Shown here: in pieces, positions 17,759 to 27,839 of the stretch | Position numbering within the stretch: the first letter of the stretch is position 1 | How the letters are laid out: the number at the start of each line of letters is the position of its first letter | DNA from: a virus | Lineage: Duplodnaviria > Heunggongvirae > Uroviricota > Caudoviricetes | DNA: 39,238 nt | Virus record (IMG/VR): IMGVR_UViG_2728369393_000005 | Direction: 5' to 3' (one strand) | Notes under the pieces: generated by a model | Told to the model about the DNA's origin: nothing | The model's input: only the letters and a program-made list of their open reading frames with translations | Databases searched by the model: none | Translations under genes and position numbers: made by a program

Positions 17759-18978
17759 CAGAGCGTGAACTGTCCATTATCCGTGCGCTGGGTGAAGAAT
17801 TCTCCACGGTGCTGGCGGATTTACAGCGCACATTTGAGGGGAAGATGGCCTCGCAGGCACAAGCGTTTGAAGAGAAACTGACTTCCCTGTCGGCGGTATT
17901 ACAGAAGCATGTGACGGTGGATGAGGTGCGTCCGGTTCTGCAGGCGATGGTGGATGACGCTGTGGGGGCCATTCCGGTACCGCGTGATGGTCGTGATTAT
18001 GATCCGGATGTACTGCAGCAGGCGGTGAATGATGCGGTTGCGAATATTCCGGTACCGGCGGACGGCAAAAGTATTACCCCGATGATGTGCGTCCGATGCT
18101 TGAACAGATGGTGAAGGAGGCGGTAAGCCATATTCCTGTTCCGCGTGATGGTCGTGATTACGATCCGGAAGTACTGAAGCAGGCGGTGAATGATGCGGTT
18201 GCGAATATTCCGGTACCGGCGGACGGCAAAAGTATTACCCCCGATGATGTGCGTCCGATGCTTGAGCAGATGGTGAAAGAGGCGGTAAGCCATATTCCTG
18301 TTCCGCGTGATGGTCGTGATTACGATCCGGAAGTACTGCAGAAGGCGGTGAATGATGCGGTCGCGAATATTCCGGTACCGGCGGACGGCAAAAGTATTAC
18401 CCCCCGATGATGTGCGTCCGATGCTTGAACAGATGGTGAAAGAGGCGGTAAGCCATATTCCTGTTCCGCGTGATGGTCGTGACTATGATCCCGATGTTCT
18501 GCAGAAGGCTGTTCTGGAGGCGGTGAGAGCCCTGCCGGCTCCGCAGGACGGGCGTGATGCCACGGCACTGGAAATAATCCCCGCCATTGACGATCAAAAA
18601 TCCTTTCCCCGGGGCACGTATGCCACACACCAGGGCGGACTCTGGCGGGCGTATGAAAAAACGCACGGGATGCGGGGATGGGAATGCCTGGTTGACGGGG
18701 TGGCCGATATTGACGTCAGCATGACCGGCGAACGGTCGTTCACTGTGGTGGTCCGGCAGAGCAGTGGCCAGCGTACGGAAAAAACATTTTCCCTGCCGGT
18801 GATGCTCTACCGCGGTGTGTTCAGAGCCGGTGAAACCTACCACCCCGGTGATACGGTGACGTGGGGGGGCTCGCTGTGGCACTGCAACAGTATGACCGGT
18901 GATAAACCCGGAGAAGCTCATTCATCAGGCTGGACCCTGGCTGCCAAACGTGGACGGGATGCAGGAGGCGGAAAATGA
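17755..18978 (+). CDS. Head-module protein with tandem 54-aa repeats, broken by two frameshifts at C-runs
   Basis: Three ORF fragments (17755..18114, 18087..18410, 18352..18978) share the repeat VRPMLEQMVKEAVSHIPVPRDGRDYDPEVL ... ANIPVPADGKSITP; C-run is C4, C5, C6 in successive repeats. Confidence 0.55.
17920..18567 (+). repeat. Tandem coding repeats, unit about 162 bp, 3 full copies plus a divergent partial copy
   Basis: Units 17920..18080 (161 bp), 18081..18242 (162 bp), 18243..18405 (163 bp), then a degenerate copy; length differences are confined to a poly-C tract. Confidence 0.8.
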
Positions 18979-19301
18979 CGGCATTACTGACACTGGAAGA
19001 GATCAAGGCACATCTGCGTGTCGACCATGACGCGGATGATGACATGCTGATGGACAAGGTTCGTCAGGCTACCGCCGTGCTGCTGGCCTACATTCAGGGC
19101 AGCCGGGATAAGGTGATTCGTGAGGACGGTGAACTGATCCCGGGCGAGGCATTAACCCGGATGAAGGGGGCTGCCATGCGACTGACCGGGATGCTGTACC
19201 GGAATCCGGATCTTGCGGAGCGGGAAGAACTGATTCAGGGGGAGCTGCCGTTTTCTGTTTCCGTGCTGATTTACGATTTGCGTTGTCCGACGGTGTTATG
19301 A
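18975..19301 (+). CDS. Head-tail connector protein (gp6-like)
   Basis: 108 aa starting MTALLTLEEIKAHLRVDHDADDDMLMDKV, characteristic of the gp6 family; position after the portal. Confidence 0.65.
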   Translation: MTALLTLEEIKAHLRVDHDADDDMLMDKVRQATAVLLAYIQGSRDKVIREDGELIPGEALTRMKGAAMRLTGMLYRNPDLAEREELIQGELPFSVSVLIYDLRCPTVL

Positions 19302-19310
19302 GGAGGGGGA

Positions 19311-19661
19311 ATGGCAATATCTGCAGGTCGTCTGACACAGATGATAAGTGTTCTGAACCCGGTGTTAACCCGTAATGCTGCCGGAGAAATGACGGAAGAA
19401 TGGGTGTCATGCGGGAAAATTCATGCGGATATCCGTGGCAGGAGCAGCCGGGAGCGGATGCAGTCCGGTGCGGCAATGGCGCAGGCGGAAATCCGCATCT
19501 GGGTGCGCGGTCAGTCCGGCCGGGAAATCACGGCAGCGTCACGACTTCATGTGCTGAGTGGTCCATGGCGTGACCGGATCCTGAACGTTGTCGGGCTGCC
19601 CGTGCCGGATGCGACCGGCGGGCGTCTGGAAATTCTCTGTCGGCTGGGAGGGGAAAAATGA
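19311..19661 (+). CDS. Head closure / head-tail adaptor protein
   Basis: 116-aa ORF in the conserved position after gp6-like; start overlaps the next gene. Confidence 0.55.
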   Translation: MAISAGRLTQMISVLNPVLTRNAAGEMTEEWVSCGKIHADIRGRSSRERMQSGAAMAQAEIRIWVRGQSGREITAASRLHVLSGPWRDRILNVVGLPVPDATGGRLEILCRLGGEK

Positions 19662-20104
19662 TCGAAACCCTGCTGGATTTTTCGGGGCTGGAGGACATCA
19701 GCCGCGATTTGCAGCTTCTGAGTGGTGCGGAAAATAACCGGGTGCTGCGTGAGGCAACCCGTGCGGGTGCGAATGTGCTGAAAGAAGAAGTGGTGTCACG
19801 GGCACCGGTACGCAGGGGAAAACTGCGCCGCAATGTGGTGGTCCTTTCCCGGCGCTCCCGCGATGGCGGGATGGAATCCGGTGTCCATATCCGTGGTGTT
19901 AATCCGGACACCGGTAACAGCGATAACACCATGAAGGCGGATAACCCGCGCAATGCTTTCTACTGGCGGTTTGTGGAAATGGGGACCGTGAATATGCCAC
20001 CGCACCCGTTTGTGCGCCCGGCGTTTGATGTGCGCAGTGAACAGGCAGCTCAGGTGGCGATTGCGCGGATGAACCGGGCCATTGATGAGGTACTGAGACG
20101 ATGA
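19658..20104 (+). CDS. HK97 gp10-family tail component
   Basis: 148 aa with PHPFVRPAF motif typical of HK97 gp10 family; overlapping start/stop with neighbours. Confidence 0.65.
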   Translation: MIETLLDFSGLEDISRDLQLLSGAENNRVLREATRAGANVLKEEVVSRAPVRRGKLRRNVVVLSRRSRDGGMESGVHIRGVNPDTGNSDNTMKADNPRNAFYWRFVEMGTVNMPPHPFVRPAFDVRSEQAAQVAIARMNRAIDEVLRR

Positions 20105-20446
20105 CGGAGGCTGATTTGTATCCTCATCTGGCGCATCTTGCCGGCGGGCAGGTGTACCCGTATGTGGTCCCCCTGCTGGATGGCAGGCCGTCGGTGGCGC
20201 TTCCGTGGGTGGTTTTCAGCCTGATTTCATCGGTGTCGGCGGACGTGATGGGCGGGCAGGCGGAGTCCTCTAGTGTCGGTGCAGATAGACGTTTATGCCG
20301 GGACTGTGACGCAGGCGCGTCAGATACGTCAGGATGCCCGTGAAGCCATAATGCTGCTGGCCCCGGGATCCGTCAGTGAAATGCAGGACTATATTCCGGA
20401 AAACCGCTGTTACCGTGCAACCCTGGAGTTTCAGGTCACGGTGTGA
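20101..20446 (+). CDS. Tail completion protein (DUF3168-like), apparently frameshifted near 20250..20279
   Basis: ORF 20101..20343 continues in another frame (VQIDVYAGTVTQARQIRQDAREAIMLLAPGS ... LEFQVTV-stop at 20446). Confidence 0.4.
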
Positions 20447-20475
20447 CTTTTTCTTTTTTTCTACAAAACCCATAC

Positions 20476-20496
20476 CCCGCCGCGTGCGGGTTTTTT
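20476..20496 (+). terminator. Intrinsic terminator (CCCGC-CGCGT-GCGGG + T6) upstream of the tail tube gene
   Basis: Stem-loop plus TTTTTT read directly. Confidence 0.4.
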
Positions 20497-20512
20497 ATTA
20501 TCAGGAGGCAGA

Positions 20513-21229
20513 ATGTCTGCTTTGTATGAACGCTCACAGCTGACGCAGGTGATGATTTCATCTGCCCCGGCGACTGCTGAAACTATGGATAAGGCGGAAT
20601 ATCTGCGCCTGGACTGCACCATCAAGGAAGTCCAGTTCACCGCCGGTCAGAAACAGGATATTGATGTGACCACGCTCTGCTCCACGGAGCAGGAGAACAT
20701 CAACGGTCTGGGGGCGTCGTCCGAGATTTCCATGTCGGGTAATTTTTATCTGAATCAGGCCCAGAACGCCCTGCGTGATGCCTATGACAATGACACGGTG
20801 TATGCGTTTAAGGTGCAGTTTCCGTCCGGTAAGGGCTTTAAGTTCCTGGCGGAAGTGCGTCAGCACACCTGGTCATCCGGTACCAACGGCGTGGTGGCTG
20901 CAACGTTTTCACTTCGCCTGAAGGGTAAACCGGTGTCCTATGTGGTACCGCTGGCGTTTGTGAAAAATCCGGAGAAGACACTTACCGTGAATACCGGTGC
21001 GCTGCTGACAATGTCAGTCAGTGTCAACGGGGGAACGCCGCCTTATAAACACGCCTGGAAGAAGGATGGTCAGCCGGTAGAGGGACAGACTACTGACACT
21101 TTCAGTAAAGCCAATGCGCAGTCAGGTGATAAGGGGGCTTATACCTGCGAGGTAACGGATTCTGCAGAACAGCCGCAGAGCATTACCTCTGATGCGTGTA
21201 CAGTAACGGTTAATGGTGCGGGCGGATAA
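20513..21229 (+). CDS. Major tail (tube) protein, lambda V-like, with C-terminal Ig-like domain
   Basis: 238 aa; position before G/GT and tape measure; C-terminal NTGALLTMSVSVNGGTPPYKHAWKKDGQPVEG resembles a Big_2 Ig-like fold. Confidence 0.75.
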   Translation: MSALYERSQLTQVMISSAPATAETMDKAEYLRLDCTIKEVQFTAGQKQDIDVTTLCSTEQENINGLGASSEISMSGNFYLNQAQNALRDAYDNDTVYAFKVQFPSGKGFKFLAEVRQHTWSSGTNGVVAATFSLRLKGKPVSYVVPLAFVKNPEKTLTVNTGALLTMSVSVNGGTPPYKHAWKKDGQPVEGQTTDTFSKANAQSGDKGAYTCEVTDSAEQPQSITSDACTVTVNGAGG

Positions 21230-21234
21230 GGCTT

Positions 21235-21609
21235 ATGGCAAAAGATCTGAAAACACTGGCGCTGGCCAGACTGTCAGGGTTCCGTCATAAAACGGTGAAG
21301 GTGCCGGAATGGGGTAATGTCAGCGTGGTGCTGCGGGAGCCTTCGGCAGAGGCCTGGTATCTGTGGCAGGAAGTGCTCAATGGTGATGGAGAGGATGACG
21401 ATACCCTGTCGGTGGTGGCGAAAACCCGCCGTAACCTGGAAGCGGATGTGACGCTGTTCTGCGATGTCCTGTGTGATACGGATCTGCAGCGGGTGTTCAC
21501 TCCGGACGACCGTGAGCAGGTGCTGGCCGTCTATGGTCCGGTACATGCCCGGTTGCTGCGTCAGGCACTGGAACTGATCGCTGATGCAGAGTCGGCCAGA
21601 AAAAAGTAG
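21235..21609 (+). CDS. Tail assembly chaperone G-like
   Basis: 124-aa ORF immediately upstream of the tape measure gene, ending at slippery A AAA AAG. Confidence 0.7.
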   Translation: MAKDLKTLALARLSGFRHKTVKVPEWGNVSVVLREPSAEAWYLWQEVLNGDGEDDDTLSVVAKTRRNLEADVTLFCDVLCDTDLQRVFTPDDREQVLAVYGPVHARLLRQALELIADAESARKK

Positions 21610-21914
21610 CCCGCCCGGAAATTCTCTTTCTGATGCGACTTGCGCTCCGTCTGGGGCGCACCTTATCCGAACTGGGCCACAGTCTGAGTGCGAGCGAGGC
21701 GATGATGTGGATGGAGTTCGACAGGGTGTCCCCGCTGGGCGATGAGCGCGGGGATATCCGTAATGCGCAGATCGTGAAAGCGGTTTTCGGGGCGCAGGGG
21801 ATGAATGTTTCACTGGAGGACGCCATGCTCTGCTGGGGCGAGGATGAGGATAAAGTGGAGTCAGATCCGTTTGCGGCGCTGGAAGACGCGCTGAGCTTTG
21901 CAGCAATGTCATAA
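21235..21914 (+). CDS. G-T fusion product by programmed -1 ribosomal frameshift at A AAA AAG (21600..21606)
   Basis: -1 slip at the heptamer joins the G frame to ORF 21633..21914 (KKVARPEILFLMRLALRLGRTLSELG ...) with no intervening stop. Confidence 0.6.
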
Positions 21915-21923
21915 ATAATGATG

Positions 21924-21948
21924 AAAACCTGCTGTGGCAGGTTTTTTT
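21924..21948 (+). terminator. Stem-loop + T7 between T and tape measure gene
   Basis: AACCTGC-TGTG-GCAGGTT followed by TTTTTTT. Confidence 0.35.
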
Positions 21949-21964
21949 GCCCGGAGAAAGGTGA

Positions 21965-24900
21965 ATGGCGACGTTACGTGAACTGATTATCAAAATTTCG
22001 GCAAATTCACAGTCATTCCAGTCGGAGCTCCAGCGTGCTTCCCGTATGGGCAGTGAATATTACCGGACCCTGCAGAATGGCGGGCGTCAGGCCGCTGCGG
22101 CAGCCCGGGAGCAGCGACGTGCCCTGGCAGAACTGAACAGCCAGTTGACGGAAATTCGCGGTTCTGCTGTCGGAATGGCTGGCGCATTTGCCGGTGCCTT
22201 TGCCACCGGACACCTGATTTCACTGGCTGATGAGTGGAGTTCCGTGAATGCCCGTCTGAAACAGGCGTCGCAGTCATCTGATGAATTTTCGTCATCACAG
22301 AAAGTGCTGATGGATATCAGCCAGCGGACAGGTACCGCTTTTTCGGATAATGCGGCCCTGTTTGCCCGTTCGGCTGCCTCGATGCGTGAATATGGTTACA
22401 GTGCTGATGATGTGCTGAAGGTGACGGAGGCCATTTCCACGGGGCTGAAAATCTCCGGTGCCAGTACGGCTGAGGCGGGTTCGGTGATCACCCAGTTCAG
22501 CCAGGCGCTGGCACAGGGTGTGTTGCGCGGTGAGGAATTTAATTCGGTCAATGAAAGTGGTGACCGGATCATTCGTGCACTGGCTGCAGGCATGGGCGTG
22601 GCCCGTAAAGATCTGAAGGCGATGGCGGACGATGGTCAACTGACGGCGGATAAAGTCGTTCCTGCGTTAATCAGCCAGCTGGGGGTATTGCGTGATGAAT
22701 ATGCCGCCATGCCAGAAACGGTTTCCGGTAGTATCACGAAGGTGGAAAACGCCTTTATGGCCTGGGTGGGCGGAGTGAATGAGGCCAGCGGGGTGACAAA
22801 AACGCTCTCCGGCGTGCTGAACGGTGTTGCCGGACAGATTGATAATGTGGCAACAGCTGTGGGTGCGCTGGTTGCCGTCGGGGTTGCCCGGTACTTTGGC
22901 AATATGGCCTCCGGAGCGATGTCTGCCACGGCAGGACTTGTGACGGCTGCACGTAATGAAGTTGCACTGGCGGAAGCACAGTTCAGGGGAACGCAGATTG
23001 CCACAGCGCGGGCAAGGGCAGCCGTGTACCGTGCTCAGCAGGCCGTGGCGGCAGCCCGCGGGACGGAGATGCAGATTGCTGCAGAGGCCCGTCTGGCGGC
23101 CACACAGGAACGCCTGAACAGAAATATTGCTGCCAGAAGCGCCGCCCAGAATGCGCTGAACAGTACAACGGCGGTGGGCTCACGTCTGATGAGCGGTGCG
23201 CTGGGGCTGGTTGGTGGCGTACCCGGACTGGTGATGCTGGGGGCTGCAGCATGGTACACGCTGTACCAGAATCAGGAGCAGGCCAGGGAGTCTGCGCGCC
23301 AGTATGCACTGACGATAGATGAAATCGCGCATAAAACGCCGTCAATGTCTTTGCCTGAAGCCTCAGATAATGAAGGACGAACACGGGCGGCGCTGACAGA
23401 GCAGAACCGGCTGATTGATGAACAGGCCAGTCGGGTGAAATCCCTGCAGGAAAAAATCGCAGGATATCAGTATGTTCTGGCGAACCCGGGCTGGACGACC
23501 GGTGACGGATTCATGATAAACCATCTGACCTCGGTGAAGACCGTAACGGAAGGGCTTGCTCAGGCAACAGAGCAGCTTGCCGTTGAGCAGTCCCGTCTGG
23601 CACAGATGCAGGAAAAAGCGCAGTCCATTCAGGATGTGCTTGCCGGGCTGGAAGACCGTCGTGTGGCGTTAATTCGTCAGCAGGCGGCAGAGCAGAATAA
23701 GGTGTACCAGTCCATGCTGGTTATGAACGGTCAGCATACGGAATTCAACCGTCTGCTGGGGCTGGGGAATGAACTGCTTCAGCAGCGTCAGGGGCTGGTG
23801 AATGTACCGTTACGGCTGCCACAGGCCACCCTGGATGATAAACAGCAGAGTGCCCTGACAAAAACAGAGCGTGAGCTGGCCCTGTCCCGACTGAAGGGGG
23901 AGGAAAAAGAGCGTGCCCGGCTGGGGTATGCGGCGGATGACCTTGGTTTTGTGGGGGATTCGTATCAGGAGGCGAGACAGCGTTATATCAGTAATGCCCT
24001 GGAAGCCTGGCGTAATAACGAGGCGAACAAACCTAAATCCCGGGGTGGAAAATCAGAGACGGAAAAAGCGGAAGACAGTTTTTCCCGGCTACTGAAGCAG
24101 CAGAAAGAGCAACTGGCACTGGCGGGTCAGAATACAGAGCTGGCGAAGCTGAAGTACCAGACTGCGCAGGGCGAACTGAAAACCCTGACGGAGATGCAGA
24201 AGCAGGAACTGCTGCGTAACGCGGCCCTGATTGACCAGCAAAAAATCCGGGAACAGTTGCGATCCCGGGAAGAGACCCTGAAGAATGATAATGTGGCTGC
24301 GCGTGCATCAAATGAAGCCGAACTGCTGGGATACGGGCAGGGAGAACGAGCCAGGGAACGCATGCGGGAGTTGCAGCAGATCCGCGACAGCTTCCGCCAG
24401 AAGGATGCGGACCTTCAGTCTCAGTATCAGACCGGGGATATCAGTGAGGATTTTTACAGACAGGCACGGGCACAGAACGCGCAGTATCTGAGCGAACGCC
24501 TTAAGGACCAGACAGCCTTTTATGCCGAATCGGATGTGCAGCGTGCGGACTGGCAGAAAGGGCTGCAGGAGGGATTCAGTAACTGGGTGGATAATGCGTC
24601 CGATTACGCCTCACAGGCAGCACAGCTTGCGACGGAGGGTATCTCAGGGATGGTGAATAACATCACGGAGATGCTGAACGGAAATAAAGTGGAATGGCGC
24701 AGCTGGGCCTCATCAGTGCTGCAGGAAATATCAAAAGTTCTTATGAATGCCGCGATTGTCAACGGAATTAAGACGGCGGCAAACGGTATGTCCGGTGCGG
24801 GAGGATTTCTCGGCAGCATTGGTGACTGGCTGGGCGGAGCGGTGGCCAATGCAAAAGGCGGCGTGTATACCTCGGCAAACCTGAGTGCGTACAGCAATAG

Positions 24901-25207
24901 TATTGTGGATACGCCCACGTACTTTGCCTTTGCAAAAGGGGCGGGGCTGATGGGGGAGGCCGGTCCTGAAGCCATTATGCCCCTGACCCGGGCGGCGGAT
25001 GGCTCGCTGGGTGTGCGAGCGGTGGGCAGTATGAACGGTAGTGCGGGCCTGGTGTATTCCCCGGTCTACCATATCGCCATTCAGAATGACGGGACTAATG
25101 GCCAGATAGGGCCGGAGGCGGCAGGCAGTCTTGTGCAGCTGATTGACCAGCGGGTGCAGGCGGTGATGTTGTCCATGCGACGTGACGGAGGAATGCTGAG
25201 TGGCTGA
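21965..25207 (+). CDS. Tail tape measure protein (lambda H-like, 1080 aa)
   Basis: Long Ala/Gln-rich coiled-coil protein after G/GT; glycine-rich C-terminal region; position before M-L-K-I. Confidence 0.9.
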   Translation: MATLRELIIKISANSQSFQSELQRASRMGSEYYRTLQNGGRQAAAAAREQRRALAELNSQLTEIRGSAVGMAGAFAGAFATGHLISLADEWSSVNARLKQASQSSDEFSSSQKVLMDISQRTGTAFSDNAALFARSAASMREYGYSADDVLKVTEAISTGLKISGASTAEAGSVITQFSQALAQGVLRGEEFNSVNESGDRIIRALAAGMGVARKDLKAMADDGQLTADKVVPALISQLGVLRDEYAAMPETVSGSITKVENAFMAWVGGVNEASGVTKTLSGVLNGVAGQIDNVATAVGALVAVGVARYFGNMASGAMSATAGLVTAARNEVALAEAQFRGTQIATARARAAVYRAQQAVAAARGTEMQIAAEARLAATQERLNRNIAARSAAQNALNSTTAVGSRLMSGALGLVGGVPGLVMLGAAAWYTLYQNQEQARESARQYALTIDEIAHKTPSMSLPEASDNEGRTRAALTEQNRLIDEQASRVKSLQEKIAGYQYVLANPGWTTGDGFMINHLTSVKTVTEGLAQATEQLAVEQSRLAQMQEKAQSIQDVLAGLEDRRVALIRQQAAEQNKVYQSMLVMNGQHTEFNRLLGLGNELLQQRQGLVNVPLRLPQATLDDKQQSALTKTERELALSRLKGEEKERARLGYAADDLGFVGDSYQEARQRYISNALEAWRNNEANKPKSRGGKSETEKAEDSFSRLLKQQKEQLALAGQNTELAKLKYQTAQGELKTLTEMQKQELLRNAALIDQQKIREQLRSREETLKNDNVAARASNEAELLGYGQGERARERMRELQQIRDSFRQKDADLQSQYQTGDISEDFYRQARAQNAQYLSERLKDQTAFYAESDVQRADWQKGLQEGFSNWVDNASDYASQAAQLATEGISGMVNNITEMLNGNKVEWRSWASSVLQEISKVLMNAAIVNGIKTAANGMSGAGGFLGSIGDWLGGAVANAKGGVYTSANLSAYSNSIVDTPTYFAFAKGAGLMGEAGPEAIMPLTRAADGSLGVRAVGSMNGSAGLVYSPVYHIAIQNDGTNGQIGPEAAGSLVQLIDQRVQAVMLSMRRDGGMLSG

Positions 25208-25541
25208 GATAAAAACGCTGCATCTGGTCCCGCGTGAAGGGATGCAGGTGAGTGAGAAGCCGTCGGTGGTGAGGGTGCGGTTTGGTGACGGTTATGAACA
25301 GCGTCGCCCCACAGGACTGAATCCTCAACTGAAGACGTTTCAGGCGGTGTTCCGGGTGACGGATGAGGCGACCCGGTGCTGGCTGGAAGAGTTTTTATCG
25401 TGGCATGGTGGTTACCGTGCCTTTTTATGGCGACCGCCGAAACATAACCGGATGGTCAGGGTGGTATGCCGTGAGTGGAGCGTCACGGATAACGTCCGGT
25501 ACAGTGATTTCAGTTGTACGATTGAGCAGGTGGTGAACTGA
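25200..25541 (+). CDS. Minor tail protein M
   Basis: 113 aa overlapping tape-measure stop; lambda M position and size. Confidence 0.8.
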   Translation: MAEIKTLHLVPREGMQVSEKPSVVRVRFGDGYEQRRPTGLNPQLKTFQAVFRVTDEATRCWLEEFLSWHGGYRAFLWRPPKHNRMVRVVCREWSVTDNVRYSDFSCTIEQVVN

Positions 25542-26239
25542 TGCAGAATATTCATGAAGAAAGCCTGAACGAGTCGGTTAAATCAGAGCAGTCACCGCGG
25601 GTGGTGCTCTGGGAAATTGACCTGACGGTGCAGGGCGGTGAGCGGTATTTTTTCTGTAATGAGCTGAATGAAAAAGGGGAGGCGGTCACCTGGCAGGGGC
25701 GGCAATATCAGGTATACCCGATTGACGGCAGCGGTTTTGAGATGAACGGGAAGGGCAGCAGTGCCAGACCGTCGCTGACGGTGTCCAATCTGTTTGGTCT
25801 GGTCACCGGGATGGCGGAGGACCTGCAGAGCCTGGTGGGGGCCACGGTGGTCCGCCGCCGGGTGTATGCCCGTTTTCTGGATGCGGTGAATTTTGTGGCG
25901 GGCAATCCGGAAGCGGACCCGGAGCAGGAGCTGAGCGACCGCTGGGTGGTGGAGCAGATGTCAGAGCTCACAGCCATGACGGCTTCGTTTGTGCTGGCGA
26001 CACCGACGGAGACGGACGGTGCGCTGTTTCCCGGTCGCATCATGCTGGCGAACACCTGTATGTGGGATTACCGGGGAGAGGAGTGCGGTTTCACCGGCGG
26101 GGCGGTGGCGGATGAGTTCGACAACCCCACCACGGATATCCGGAAGGACAGATGCAGTAAATGCATGCGCGGGTGTGAGATGCGCGGCATGGTGGCTAAT
26201 TTCGGCGGTTTCCTTTCCATTAATAAACTTTCGCAGTAA
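25541..26239 (+). CDS. Minor tail protein L
   Basis: 232 aa; conserved Cys cluster near C-terminus (CMWDYRGEECGF ... CSKCMRGC) typical of L. Confidence 0.8.
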   Translation: MQNIHEESLNESVKSEQSPRVVLWEIDLTVQGGERYFFCNELNEKGEAVTWQGRQYQVYPIDGSGFEMNGKGSSARPSLTVSNLFGLVTGMAEDLQSLVGATVVRRRVYARFLDAVNFVAGNPEADPEQELSDRWVVEQMSELTAMTASFVLATPTETDGALFPGRIMLANTCMWDYRGEECGFTGGAVADEFDNPTTDIRKDRCSKCMRGCEMRGMVANFGGFLSINKLSQ

Positions 26240-26249
26240 ATCCCGTTTT

Positions 26250-26993
26250 ATGACACAGACTGAATCAGCGATTCTGGCGCATGCCCGGCGGTGTGCGCCA
26301 GCGGAGTCGTGCGGCTTCGTGATAAGCACCCCGGAGGGCGAACGGTACCAGCCCTGTGTGAATGTCTCCGCAGAGCCGGAGGCGTATTTTCGTATTGCAC
26401 CGGAAGACTGGCTGCGGGCAGAGATGCAGGGGGAGATTGTGGCACTGGTCCACAGTCATCCCGGTGGTCTGCCCTGGCTGAGCGAGGCCGACCGGCGGCT
26501 GCAGATAAAAAGTGCACTGTCCTGGTGGCTGGTCTGCCGGGGGGACATTCATAAATTCCGCTGTGTGCCACATCTGACAGGACGGCTCTTTGAGCACGGG
26601 GTGACGGACTGTTACACGCTGTTCCGGGATGCCTACCATCTGGCGGGAATTGATATGCCGGATTTTGAGCGTGAGGATGACTGGTGGCGTAACGGTCAGA
26701 ACCTTTACCTGGACAATATGGCGGTCACCGGCTTTTACCGGGTGCCCCTGTCCTCTGCACAGGCGGGCGATATCCTGCTGTGCTGCTTTGGCGCATCGGT
26801 GGCCAATCATGCCGCCATTTACTGCGGCAACGGTGAACTGCTTCACCATCTGCCTGAACAACTGAGTAAACGGGAGAGGTATTCCGAAAAGTGGCAACGA
26901 CGAACGCATTCAGCCTGGCGTCACCGCCACTGGCACGTATCTGCCTTCACGGGGATTTACAACGATTTGGCCGCCGCCTCAGCCTGTATGTGA
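26250..26993 (+). CDS. Tail assembly protein K (JAB/MPN + NlpC/P60-like)
   Basis: MTQTESAILAHARRCAPAESCGF ... VHSHPGG ... matches lambda K; ORF track extends upstream but ATG 26250 fits. Confidence 0.85.
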   Translation: MTQTESAILAHARRCAPAESCGFVISTPEGERYQPCVNVSAEPEAYFRIAPEDWLRAEMQGEIVALVHSHPGGLPWLSEADRRLQIKSALSWWLVCRGDIHKFRCVPHLTGRLFEHGVTDCYTLFRDAYHLAGIDMPDFEREDDWWRNGQNLYLDNMAVTGFYRVPLSSAQAGDILLCCFGASVANHAAIYCGNGELLHHLPEQLSKRERYSEKWQRRTHSAWRHRHWHVSAFTGIYNDLAAASACM

Positions 26994-27571
26994 ACACGGC
27001 AGCGGAAGCCATCCGTGCCCTGTCGATGCAGATGCCGGGCTTTCGCCGTCAGATGAACGAAGGCTGGTACCAGATACGTATTCGCGGTGAGGACACGGCA
27101 CCGGAGGCGGTGTACGCCCGTCTTCACGAACAGCTGGGTGAGGGAACGGTCATCCACATTGTGCCGCGACTGGCCGGGGCCGGAAAGGGTGGACTGCAGA
27201 TTGTGCTGGGGGCGGCAGCCATCGTGGGCTCTTTCTTCACTGCCGGGGCATCAATGGCGTTATGGGGTTCAGCCCTGGCAGCCGGTGGTTTTTCTGCCAC
27301 CACGATGCTGTTTTCACTGGGGGCCAGCATGATACTGGGTGGTGTGGCTCAGATGCTTGCCCCGAAGGCAAAAACACCGGATTACCGCGCAACGGATAAC
27401 GGCAGACAGAACACGTATTTTTCCTCACTGGACAACATGATTGCTCAGGGGAACCCGATGCCGGTGTCTTACGGTGAAATGCTGGTTGGCTCACGGCGAA
27501 TCTCCCAGGACATCAGTACCCGTGATGAAGGCGGTGACGGGAAGGTGGTGGTTATCGGGCGGCAGGCATAA
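26891..27571 (+). CDS. Tail assembly protein I
   Basis: ARICLHGDLQRFGRR ... GAAAIVGSFFTAGA ... NTYFSSLDNM matches lambda I; overlaps the K 3' end. Confidence 0.8.
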   Translation: MATTNAFSLASPPLARICLHGDLQRFGRRLSLYVNTAAEAIRALSMQMPGFRRQMNEGWYQIRIRGEDTAPEAVYARLHEQLGEGTVIHIVPRLAGAGKGGLQIVLGAAAIVGSFFTAGASMALWGSALAAGGFSATTMLFSLGASMILGGVAQMLAPKAKTPDYRATDNGRQNTYFSSLDNMIAQGNPMPVSYGEMLVGSRRISQDISTRDEGGDGKVVVIGRQA

Positions 27572-27839
27572 AAGCGAAAAAATCCCGCAGTGCTCACGGA
27601 CAGGAACTGCGGGAGAGTTACGAAGATTGAGTGTAAGGAATTATTCTTATGTCACGACAAAAACATTAACGCAGAGAAATTATACGCGCCACAGTCAGTT
27701 TGTGAAAATGTGAAGATATTCAGAATTTCTTCTGTAATAGAAATACATTCAGAGAGGGAGGATGTGCCGTTCTTTTCAGGGAGAAAGGATTTATCGTCCT
27801 GAGGAATAAAGGTAAGGGGCCTGCCCCTTACCTGACTGA

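Noticed and set aside
17920-18567. Tandem repeats considered as a possible CRISPR array
   Set aside because: Units are 162 bp, contiguous and protein-coding with no spacer/repeat alternation; no cas genes. They are intragenic coding repeats.
21274-21993. 239-aa minus-strand ORF overlapping the G and T genes
   Set aside because: Antisense to the conserved G/GT frameshift cassette; low-complexity Pro/Arg/Ser-rich translation.
22295-25072. Chains of minus-strand ORFs within the tape measure gene
   Set aside because: The tape measure gene is one intact 1080-aa ORF; antisense ORFs are composition artefacts.
26265-26909. 214-aa minus-strand ORF antisense to tail gene K
   Set aside because: K has clear lambda homology on the plus strand; antisense ORF lacks any motif.
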